This document shows, one piece after another, positions 42,063 to 52,291 of a stretch of 64,000 bases of DNA. Every line of letters begins with the position of its first letter. Position 1 is the first letter of the stretch. A program made the position numbers and the translations under genes. The notes under the pieces were generated by a model, which worked only from the letters and a program-made list of their open reading frames with translations, was not told where the DNA came from and ran no database searches. Source of the stretch: Geosiphon pyriformis uo1 (Eukaryota > Fungi > Glomeromycota); the NCBI GenBank assembly GCA_016748015.1, contig JAAOMT010000630.1, positions 377,308 to 441,307 on the forward strand. Direction: 5' to 3'.

Positions 42063-42784
42063 TCATTCTCTCCAAAGAGATTGAGCTTCGGCAAAATCAA
42101 ACTATTTATGGAATAGTCTATGTGAAGGGTTTTGTCTAACTCAAAACTAATTAGTTTGTTGAAGTTTTTTGTGGATAGAGTATATAGTACTTGAGGTGAA
42201 ATAAGCTTTGTATCCAAGAGACCAAATCTTTGTATTAGAGTTCTGGTTCTTTTAGCAATGGTCAAAACTCTTGAAACATCCAATCGTATAATGCCCAAAA
42301 TTTCCACTTGTATCTCTGAAGTTGTTTTCTTCATGAGCTTCATGTCTTCTATGATTTCACCAAGACAACCATAGAGTTCTAGTTGTCTTCCATATGACAA
42401 GTTTTTGTCTATGGGCAAGATTTCTTGTATTGTTTTTTCAATTGTGCTGGAAGGTGAAAGTATCACTACTGTTATGCTTTCCAGCAGGTATTTATCCATT
42501 TTGCCACCAATTTTTTCTCTTCTGGTAGTTGTTTTCTTTGGTCTAATAACAGTGTGAGTTCCACTGTTGTCTGTTATAGTGGTTTGTTTTCTGATAGTCA
42601 GAGTAGCATTTAGATAGTTCTTGATCCAGTACTCATGGAGAGTATAGAAAGCATTTTGAATGTTTTGATCCAGGAAATAATTGTTCATGTCAATTGAAGA
42701 TACCTCTGTTTTGGGAATAGTGCATTTATTTATATTTAATTTTTGCTGATCATTTGGGTTGGTATTACCACAACAGGTAACCAA
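42032..42784 (-). CDS. Extra ORF3 between integrase and the 3' LTR; unknown function (first ATG at 42688, ~218 aa)
   Basis: Stop-free for 250 codons in the sense orientation. It runs through the polypurine tract and ends 31 nt inside the LTR. Confidence 0.65.
   Translation of the reverse strand: MVTCCGNTNPNDQQKLNINKCTIPKTEVSSIDMNNYFLDQNIQNAFYTLHEYWIKNYLNATLTIRKQTTITDNSGTHTVIRPKKTTTRREKIGGKMDKYLLESITVVILSPSSTIEKTIQEILPIDKNLSYGRQLELYGCLGEIIEDMKLMKKTTSEIQVEILGIIRLDVSRVLTIAKRTRTLIQRFGLLDTKLISPQVLYTLSTKNFNKLISFELDKTLHIDYSINSLILPKLNLFGENDVMVETHSFY
42063..42073 (-). promoter_or_regulatory. Polypurine tract (GGAGAGAATGA)
   Basis: Purine-rich run directly preceding the 3' LTR on the element strand. 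Confidence 0.6.
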
Positions 42785-45700
42785 TTAGGTTGTTTGTGAT
42801 ATTTCTTGAATCACGTGCCATGAACAGGGCGATCACTGAATATTGTTCCATATTAATCTTGTAAGATATAAGAACTATTGTTCAAAACTTTGTTGACTAT
42901 AAAGGGTTCTTTCCACTGGCTAGAGAATTTATCACCATAGACATTGTCTCTGTCTGAATGGTATTCCAAAACTAAGTCATTAACACTTAAGGAAAGTGTT
43001 TTATAGGTTTTTTTCTTTTTGAGCTTCTCTTGGACCTGTTTTATTTTTTCAAAGACAATTATCCGTGCTTCTACTAATGAGTCAAAAATGGTACCAAGTC
43101 TTCTTTGCAAAATGTTCTTGTAATCTCTTATTGTTATTTCTTCAAAAGATATTGTTTCTATATTCGTTTCTATTGGTAGAGTTGCTATTCGTTCATAAAG
43201 CAAATAAAAGAGTTCATAACTTGTTATGTCATGATTCACAGTTCTGTAAGCAAACAAGGTTGAAGGCAATACTTTGTCCCATAGGTTGGTTTTTTTACTG
43301 GTTTTGGCTAGGGTTTCACATAGTGTTCTATTAAAACGTTCCACTAGGCTATTTGTTTGGGGGTGATAAGGGGAAGAGAGTTTATAACATATTCCCATTT
43401 TTCTGCAAAGTTCTTCAACCAGTGTACTGAGAAAAGCTCTTCCTTTATCAGATAAAAGTTCTTTGGGGCAGCCATGGCGACAGATAATATCTTTATAATG
43501 AAATTGGCAATTGAGACTGCTGTTTGATCTGAGGTGGCTCTTGCTTCTACCCACTTTGTAAGATAGTCGGTAGCTGTGATAATGTATCTGTTGCCATCAG
43601 GAGTTACTGTTAAAGATCCAACAACATCTATACCAATTCTATCAAATGGTTGACCAACAGAGATTGGATAGATATCTTCCTTGCGATTGGGTTTTCCTCT
43701 TCTTTGGCAGATATCACAGGTTTTGATGTATTCAGCAATGTCTTTTCTCAAGATAGGCCAATAATAGCGAGCTAAAGTTTTCTGAATTGTTTTTGTTTTT
43801 CCAAAGTGTCCAGCTAATGGATCGCATATTGTAGATCACAATTTCTCTTTCTTCAAATCTAATGACTCTCTGGGGGTGGTCAGAATCTTTTCTATTTCTT
43901 TTATATAACTGGTTCTGGCAAATCAAATAGAAATTTGATTGTTTGTGCAAATGTTCTCTTTGCTGTTGAGTATAGTCCAGCGGGTATTGTCTTTTACTCA
44001 AAAATTTCATTAAAGCAGAGTAGTTGTCCAAGTCCATTATCGTGTTTGTTTGTGGGGGAGTTACAAATAATTAAGTTGGTTTGGTTTGAGAGGGTTTTAC
44101 TATTACTGGATGGTAAGTCTGGAGAGAGCATCGGTGTTTTGATGATTAGCTCTTTTGTGGTGTTGAATGTCATAGTCGAATTCGTCCAAGTGAAGTATCC
44201 AGCGAGTTATCCATTTATGTTCCAGGTTTTTTTTGTTGTGTAGCCAAACCAAAGCTTGGTGATCTGTTACCACCAAAAATTTCACACCCTTAAAATATTT
44301 GTCCCAATAGCTGGTAGCCCAAACTACTGCTAAGCATTCCTGCTCAGTAACTGAGTAGTTCCTTTCTGCTGGTGTGAGAGTTCTATTGGCATATGCTATG
44401 GCATGTTCTCTGTTATCTTTCTCTTTTTGGGAAAGAACAGCACCAAGTCCATAGCCAGATGCATTAGTGTGAAGGATAAAAAGTTGATTCAAATTAGGTT
44501 GCATGAGGATGGGTTCTGTAACCAGTTTTTCCTTCAGAATTTCAAATGCTTTTTGTTGATGAGTGCTCCAGTGATAATTGATGTTTTTCCTAAGTAGCTG
44601 ATTGAAAGGAGCAGCGATTTTGGAGAAATCTTTGACAAACTTGCAATAATAAGAGGCCAAACCAAGAAAAAAGCATAGTTCATGAACATTTATTGGTTGT
44701 CTAATGTTTTGAACTTTTTCAATTTTGGCTGGATCAGAGAAAATTCCATCTTTTGTAATAAAATGGCCAAGGAACTGGGTGGATTGACGTCCAAAGAATG
44801 ATTTGATTGGATTAATCTTGAGACCAGCATTTCTAAGGAGGTCAAAAACCTTTTGCAAATGTTCAAGGTGTTCATTCCAGGTTTTTGAGTATACCATTAT
44901 GTCGTCCAAGTAGATTAGAACAAAGTTTTCTTTTACTGATTCAAATACTTTGTCCATTAAGCATTGAAATATGGGAGGAGCATTTGTGAGACCAAAAGGC
45001 ATGACTGTAAATTTGTAGGTACCATACTTGGTGATGAAGGCAGTTTTCTTTCTGCTTTCTGGATCCATCTCTACTTGCCAGAATCCAGCAGTTAAGTCAA
45101 TGATTGAGAAGAAAGTGGCACCATGGAATTGGTTTAGCATTGCATCAATCTTGGGAAGTGGGTATATGTCTCTTTCAGTAATGGCATTTAATTGGTGATA
45201 GTCAACACAAAAGCGTAGAGTTCCTCCTTTCTTGGATATCACTACAACTGGAAATGCCCATTCACTCTTGGTTTCCTGTATGAATCCAAGGGTTTTCATT
45301 CGGGTTATTTCCTTTTTGATAAACTTATCATTGTGCTGGTTGGATTGATAGGGCTTCAAATGGATGGGGCGAGTTTCTCTGGTGATAATAGTGTGTTGTA
45401 TCACATGTGTACATCCAGGAGGTTCACCTTCTTTTGAGATAACTGGGCTGTTTCTAGCCAGCAGGTTTTCAATGTCTACTTTTCTTTCTTCTGGAGAGGG
45501 TTTTTTTTGTTCTACAACCAGTGATTGGATTTCAGGTGGTTTGTTTTCAAAGGACTTTTGGACTTCTTTTATTTCCTCACGGAGTATCAAGCTGATTGGT
45601 TCCTAATCTTTGTAATAGATCAGACAGGACATGCATTCATTGCTAGGAGAATACAATGGTTTGTTACACCAGCACTGGGCACAAGGACCATGCTACCAAT

Positions 45701-46788
45701 AACTGTATTTGGCTTTCTTGTCTGGCTTTCTGTCAAAGGTTCTTCTGAGCATGTCATAATAAGGCCAGCAGATCAGCTTGCCATTGACAATGATTTCTTC
45801 TTTATTTGCCTTGACATTATCTAGTGGTTTGTCATTGCTAGTGAAGATGGTATAAGCGAGTTCAGCAGTTTCTTCTTGTTCTTCTTGTTCTTCTTCTTCC
45901 TCACTTTCTTCATCATCTAATTCATCTGATTCATTTTCTTCTGGGCTCTGCTTGGGTACTGGGGAAGTTGTCCAATGGTGACATTTAACCACAATGGGTT
46001 TCTCACCACATCTGATCACAGAGTTCATAATCAAGCAAAGCTTTTGCTTTCTTGAGCCATTTATTGCCAACAATGATGGTGTATTCTTTTGCTTTAGACA
46101 CTTCCATATCAGTTTCAATGCTGATGCCATTGATGTGGACAGGAATAGCTTTGGTTATGTCAAGCCCTTTTTTCTTATCACCATGCACATTGGTCATTGG
46201 TCATGTGGATGATTCATTAATTTTTCTGCCAATTGCTTCAAGAAAGTGTTTGGCAATAACATTAACAGATGATTCACTGTCTAGGATCAAATCGATGAAG
46301 TAGCCAGCCACTTGGGCTTTACAAATTAGAGGAGTGACATTGCTATTGTCAGCAAGTCCAGCTTGGCAAGGGCATTTGTTGGTTTTGGGTGTCTTTTTCT
46401 TTGGAATCAGGGATTTGCAAAGATCTTTTCTGAATTGTGGATGAGTTATCAATTGGCCAAAGGTTATATATGCTGGGGTTTCCATAAGGTCTTTGACAAC
46501 AGAATAGAAATCGGATTTTTGTACTATTTCTGGGGGTTCTAACTTTGGAGGGTTCTTAAAAACTTTGGCTTTTGGGGGCTCATTGTTGTCAACAGTTGAT
46601 GTAGAAGCTTTATTGGGGTCTAGAACGAAATCAACTTTGGCTTTCTTCTTCTTTCTTGTGGATTCAGAGGGGTTGATTGCTAATTCATCCATGTCATGGT
46701 CATCATCAGTTAAGTTAAAAGCGTAAAAGGGGTTTTCTTCTGGTTGGCTTGCACTCTCACCCTTTGAAGGTGTGCCTACCAGTTTAAA
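42736..46788 (-). pseudogene. pol: Gypsy pol (protease, RT, RNase H, integrase), disrupted
   Basis: Protease LILDSES (D-S-G-type motif mutated). RT LRFCVDY..MPFGLTNAP..YLDD. RNase H LHTNASGYGLGAVL..TEQECLAV..VTDH. Integrase CDIC..IGIDVVG..SDKG..YHPQTN.LVERFNRTL with a GPY/F-like WKEPF. Several frameshifts and stops; no chromodomain seen. Confidence 0.92.
46751..46788 (-). promoter_or_regulatory. Programmed -1 ribosomal frameshift signal (T TTA AAC plus downstream stem-loop)
   Basis: The gag frame reads ..CCT TTA AAC TGG TAG. The -1 frame is open from TTT AAA into the protease ORF (MDELA..). A 6-nt spacer is followed by the hairpin GCACACCTTCAAAGGGTGAGAGTGC. Confidence 0.8.
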
Positions 46789-48329
46789 GGCTGATAAACA
46801 GTGGCTTCAACTAGGGGATCCTCTCCAAAGAAATTGATATTGGCATGATTGGGTCTTTGGTTGGGCACATTGTTGTTGTTGATCCTGTTGTTCTGAGCAT
46901 CATTGTTTCTGAGGACTGGTGGAGGCAGTGGAGGATTGTTGCAATCTTTTGAAAAGTGTCTAGTTAATCCACAGTGATAGCATACAGGTGGGCTATGATT
47001 TTGTTGTCTTTGATAAGGTGATTGCTGGGGCTAATTGAAGCGTGGTTCAAATCTGGGTCTTTGTGATTGCTGATTTTCTCTGACTGCTTGGGCTAAGGAT
47101 TCTAATAACTGAGCAAGATTTGCTGTAAGTCTGTCTATTAACTGTTCATTTGGATCTTGAGTGTGAGTGGCAAAAGAAGTAGCAGCCATTTAAGGGGCAG
47201 GAGCCATAACAGGAACAGGAGCAAAAACTGGTAGTGTGGATCCCAAGTGCATCCTTTGGTTATCTTCAATTTTTTGTGCTAATTCAATAGCCATATTCAT
47301 GGTGGGATTATTTTTCAGGGCCAGGAGGGGCCAAAGAGCATACAATAGATCAGTTCTCAATTTTTTTGTAAAGGAGTGAATTTTTTGCTCTTCTGTCCAA
47401 TTTCTTCCAGTGTCTACTCATTTGATTAACTTTCTGATTGCTTTGGTGTATTCAGTTACAACTTCACTAGGACCTTGGGTTCTTCTTTCCAATTCTATAT
47501 GCTATTTTGATATTAATATTGGGGTTCTGAACTTGTTTTCAAACCAGATAGTAAAAAAAGTGTTGATTTTTCCCACATTTGCTGGTGTCCATCTAACAAT
47601 TTTTTGCTGGGCATTGGCATCTGTTTCTTGTGAGAACCAGATAGCAGGGGATCCTTGAAGGTAGCCACCGACAATTTGGAACTTGTACTCATTATCATAT
47701 TGATTGGCTGTAGTGGCTCTTTCAAAGTTATCTAACCATTCAATTGGATCTTGTGCATTACTTCTAAATAATAGTATTGGGGTGTTGTTTCTTTGCCCTA
47801 AAGCAGTTTGTATACCTTGGAGGGCGGCCAGAATGTTTGCTTGTATGGGGTCATTAGCCATTGGTTCAGGGATAACTGTTTGTGTAGACGAGTCTGATTT
47901 GCTTGATAAAAGATCAAAAACAGGGGCAGTTTGGTAGCTTTCTTCTTCTGTTTCAAAGGGAGTTTCAGTTGCTTGATAGGCAGCAATCTAAATATGGATT
48001 TGATGATTCAGATATTCGAAATCAGGGGGCTATTGTTCAAAGGTTGCAGAATATAAGAGCTGATTGATACTGTTGTTTCTTTCTTCAAAGTCATTTTCAA
48101 AATAAGCTTGGTCAAAGTAATAGGTTGTATAAGCTGTGTAGGTTTCAGCTGAATGCTCATTCAGGAACCAGTTCTAAAAGTCTTGGAATTGTCTACTGGA
48201 TTGTTTTTCAAGGGGGAAGCAGATCAAGCAGGAGGGCAGAGGATTAAGTTCAATGAAACTTTGGTTGTTTCTATTGTGTGCTACAAAGTGTTCTTCTGAT
48301 TGCTGTGGCAGATATAAGTAATCACCCAT
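46776..48329 (-). pseudogene. gag: Gypsy gag with a CCHC zinc knuckle, disrupted
   Basis: Capsid-like QDPIEWLDNFERA..GYLQGSPAIWF; CYHCGLTRHFSKDC at 46941-46982; ends at TAG 46776-46778. The 5' start is uncertain. Confidence 0.85.
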
Positions 48330-48356
48330 ACAATGAGGAAATAAGTGAATTTTCAC

Positions 48357-48375
48357 AACCTCACAGGGAGCACCA
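48357..48375 (-). promoter_or_regulatory. Primer-binding site, complementary to the 3' end of an elongator tRNA-Met-like tRNA
   Basis: TGGTGCTCCCTGTGAGGTT lies 6 nt after the 5' LTR. Its complement AACCTCACAGGGAGCACCA resembles the yeast elongator tRNA-Met 3' end (..AACCTCTCCTGGAGCACCA, recalled from memory). Confidence 0.8.
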
Positions 48376-48381
48376 CTTTTA

Positions 48382-49071
48382 TGTTACAGGTTGGAGTAAC
48401 AAGCTAACGAATAGCAAGGGAGAACAGTATTGTATGGTAATAGAAATAAACAAAGAAGAAATTACAATAAGGGAGCGAATTGAATAAGTAGGAATTCAAT
48501 ATGCGTGATCAGTCTCATAAAAATCACAGTCGCTAATCTTTTCTTAAATCTGAAGGTAGAGGAATAGTCCGTGATTGTCAACAAAATAACACCGCTGCTA
48601 TTATTCTATGCCTCAACTCGGCAATTCTTAGAATCAATAACAGGTATTGTTGTACTTTTTAATTGTTTCTTTATTCAATGAATTACAAGAGCAAGCCAAT
48701 TGCTTCTTAGGCTAATTCTAACAAATACAAATCAAGAAGGGGAAAAGATAAGGTATGTGAATGCCAACAAGTAGATACTTGAAGATAAGGAAAGGGGAAT
48801 AAGCGATTATAAAAAGAAGTAATTGATATTGTTTATTTCGTTATTTTGATCATGTCTTTCTACAGCTAAGGGAATCATCACTTATATAGCTATCTAAAGT
48901 AGTCAACGACCAGGTCAATGATCAGATCAATGATCAAGTCAATGATCAAGTCAATGATCAGGTCATTGATCAGGTCAACAATCACTATCTAAAAATAGGG
49001 TGGCTAATTATATGACATCAGTGGCTAATACATGTGATAATTAATAAAAACTATGTGTTTCAACTATAACA
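48382..49071 (-). repeat. 5' LTR (690 bp) of the Gypsy element, with 7 x 12-bp tandem units at 48901-48984
   Basis: Direct repeat of 41433-42062. The 60-bp length difference equals five extra GGTCAATGATCA units. Confidence 0.95.
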
Positions 49072-50764
49072 ATATATTGAAGTTTTTTGATACAGATCAT
49101 AAGACAGTTTTGGTTGTAATCAGTTTGGGAGGACTTTTAGATGTTTGTCTCAACAATGTTTGCAAACAAACTAATCAGAATTGGTGAAAGTTCAGATTAA
49201 AACATGCAGATAAAGCTTATTAATTGTATTTTAAGAAGTAATTTTTTGTTAAGTTGTTGGTAAAATCAAATATGTTTGAAGATACAAAGAATAATAGTGA
49301 TTTGAATATAATATGGATGGTGCTAAAAAATATCATAGTACAGGTTGCTAACATAGTGTTTTCTAGACATTGGTATAGTAAATATGTTTGTTCAAAAAAC
49401 AAACAATCTTTGAAATTTTTTAAATTGGAGCTGTTTTTTGCAAAGATTGTAAAGATTTAGAATTTTGAGAATCTTCTGAATTTTGACTATTTTATTGGGG
49501 TTTGGTTAGATATTAATAAAGTTAAAGCATTTAAAGTTGTGACATGGTTTTAATTAGTACAAACTTGATAGATTTGGTCAAACATTTGTTAATAATTAGG
49601 AAAAAGTATCAGAAATCTAAGTATTTTGAATCAAAAGCATCTGAAAACACAGTTATTAGGAAGGTAATTGGCTGATATATAGAAAACTTTTGTTCTGACA
49701 AGAAGTGGATAATTAAAAGTATTCTTAAATGTTGTTACAGATGATTATTTGGGGTCTCAAAACAAATAACATCCCATAACTTGGTGTTTAATTGATATAA
49801 TATTGTTAATAATATTTGAAAGTATTGTTTTATCTGAAGATTTTGTTGTGGAGTCCTTTGTATAATAAACAGAGATTCAATGATGATATAGTTGGTTGGT
49901 GAGTTGTGTTTTCAATTTCTGTCTTCAGCTTGATAGCCAGTTTAATCTGGCAGTCATGCCCTTCTGGTAAGTTATTTGTTAATATATATAATTCTATTTT
50001 TATTTCTGGGTCTTTTACCAGGCTATTTTTGACATCAATTACTCAGTGTTTAATCTCTTTAATCAGTAGTAAGTCAACAAACAAAAGAAAATAAAATAAA
50101 AGAAAAAAAAATAAAAAGAAAATAAGAAATTAAAAATAAGCCAAGGCAATTCAAGTTAGTATCTCATCAATAGCCATAATCAAGAGCTATTGTTCCAGCA
50201 TGGTTAAGTGTCGGATTTTATTAACATAAAGTGTTGATAAATAGAAGAGTGATTATATTTTCAAACAAATAACAATAACATGGATTTGAAAATTTGAAGA
50301 GATTTTTTATTTATATAATTCTATTTCGGTTGATAGCAACTATCCTTGAAATAAGGGTTAATAAATAAAGAAGAAAGAAGATTGTTCTAAATTAATAAAA
50401 CTCTATTGAATTCTCCAGGAATTATTTTTTCTGCTTTTAACACTTTTACTATATATATATAATTTATGTTATACAAGATTCTGTATATTTGTGAACAATA
50501 TGCCATGATTTCTTAAGCAATGCTTATATTGCTAAGCAATGTGCCTATAATTTTTGACAATGTGCTCATTGCTAAACAATGTGCTGTAATTCTCTGACAA
50601 TGCTTCACATTGCTAAGCAATGTACTCACATGCTAAATACTATTCTCTTATTGGTTTATTTTTTTTATTTGTTTTTTCTACTATTTTCTTGTATTTTTTT
50701 TCTATGAGTAACATTATTCCCTCCTTTAATATTGAGCTTTTGTGAAATTGTCTAAATTTCTCTT

Positions 50765-50925
50765 TTGTATTAATGTTGTTGCTGTAATTTTTATTGCTAT
50801 TTGTAAATCTAATTTTATATGTGATTGGGGTTTTTAATTATAGCAATCTGTCTAAAATATCAATTTCAAATCTTGCATCTGTATTATGTGTATGTTCAGA
50901 CATAATGTTCTCATTATTATTATTG
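50765..50925 (-). pseudogene. Truncated dUTPase N-terminal fragment inside the LTR element
   Basis: IMSEHTHNTDARFE..(frameshift)..HIKLDLQIAIKITATTLIQ matches the dUTPase pattern P.RAH..DAGFDL....I.L.IA.EIP. It breaks off before the RSS motif. Confidence 0.55.
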
Positions 50926-51009
50926 AATTTAGTTAATTCCTGCTTCATTGTAAGATCTAAAAGCATGATATATTGTTTGGTATTTGAAGTGAAGTTTGAA
51001 TTTGTTGGT

Positions 51010-51190
51010 GGAGTTTAAATTGTCATTGTCATTAGCAAAGTTTGAATTGTTGTCATCATCAGCAGAGTTTGAATTATTGTTGTCATTAGTAGAGTTTGAA
51101 TTGTTGTTGTCATCAGTGGGGTTTGAATCATTGCTGTCATTAGTGGAGTTTGAATTATTGCTGTCATCAGTAGAGTTTGAATTGGGATTA
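51010..51190 (-). repeat. 30-bp in-frame tandem repeat (NSNSTDDNNN-like), about 6 copies
   Basis: Visible in the translation of ORF 50929-51252. Confidence 0.85.
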
Positions 51191-51499
51191 AGTTCCAATT
51201 CTAATTCTGATTTGTTCTCACTGATTGGCTCTTCTTCAAATATATGACACATGGGAGTGGATTGTAACTATGTCTCAATATTCTGACTTAGGGCTGTTAG
51301 GTGAGTTTTGCTGATTTATTGGTACTGTGAAAATTAGGTTTAATTGGATTATTGGAGGTAAGTTTTCTTGTATGATCATGAGGTTTGGAATTTATTGGAC
51401 TTTGGATGTTTGGGTTTTTGAATAATTCTTGGAGTTTGTATTGCTAGAGGTTTAATGAGTTTTATTGACAGTAAGTTTTTTTGTACAATAGCAAAGTTG

Positions 51500-52160
51500 G
51501 AATTATCAGGTTTCGAATATTTGTGTTTTTTGAACAATCGGTTTTTGAATAATTGGAGTTTTAATTTAACAAGTTTATTAAAGGTAAGTTTCGAATGTTT
51601 GGGGTTTTAATGATCAGGTTTTAAATAAACTAAGTTTTAATTTAACAAGTTTTAATGAATTTATTAATAGTACATTTTGAATGTTCGGGGTTTTAATAAT
51701 TAGGTCTTGAATAATTGGAGTTTTAATTTAACAAGTTTTTAACAAATTTATTAATAGTAAGTTTTAAATGTTTGGGGTTTTAATAATTGGGTTTTGAATA
51801 AACAGAGTTTTAATGAATTTATTAATAGTATGTTTCAAATGTTCAGAGTTTTAACGATCAGGTCTTGAATAATCAGAGTTTAATTTAATGAGTTTTTAAT
51901 GAATTTATCAATGGTAAGTTTCAAATGTTTGGGGTTTTAATGATCAGGTTTTGAATAAACAGAGTTTTAATTTAACAAATTTTTAATGAATTTATTAATA
52001 GTAATTTTCGAATGTTCAGAGTTTTAATAATTGGGTTTTGAATAATCAGAGTTCTTAATTTAACAAGGTTTAACAAATTTATCAATGGTAATTTTCGAAT
52101 GTTCAGGGTTTTAATGATCAGATTTTGAATAATTGGAGTTTTAATTTAACAAATTTTTTA
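51500..52160. repeat. ~72-87-bp tandem repeat, about 8 copies, in the element's 5' interior
   Basis: The anchor GAGTTTTAATTTAACAA recurs at ~51556, 51632, 51717, 51804, 51875, 51961, 52048 and 52136. Confidence 0.85.
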
Positions 52161-52273
52161 AAAGTAATGGTAAAATAAGGATTTTGCAAATCCTAAGTAA
52201 TTTTCTTTTGTTTTCTCTTGGTCTGCCACTTTTCTGCATAGTTGTTGTTAGTACTGGTTTTTTGTTGGATTAT

Positions 52274-52291
52274 ACTTTATAGGGAGCATCA
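52274..52291 (-). promoter_or_regulatory. Decayed PBS for the same tRNA as the Gypsy element
   Basis: Plus-strand ACTTTATAGGGAGCATCA differs from ACCTCACAGGGAGCACCA by four C>T changes only, and lies 2 nt from the LTR. Confidence 0.75.

Larger units (their letters stand above)
41433..49071 (-). mobile_element. Ty3/Gypsy LTR retrotransposon, near complete (7.6 kb), 4-bp TSD ATAT
   Basis: Paired TG..CA LTRs; ATAT at 41429-41432 and 49072-49075; domain order gag-PR-RT-RNase H-IN; PBS and polypurine tract present. Confidence 0.95.

Noticed and set aside
48480-48580. A functional intron-containing tRNA-Met gene inside the LTR
   Set aside because: Only the anticodon and variable arm match; no acceptor stem or TTCG T-loop/B-box follows, so it is not called as a tRNA.
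49906-50094. Duplicated 62-aa ORF (also at 52468-52656)
   Set aside because: It lies inside the paired LTRs and has a non-ATG start; the duplication is explained by LTR identity.
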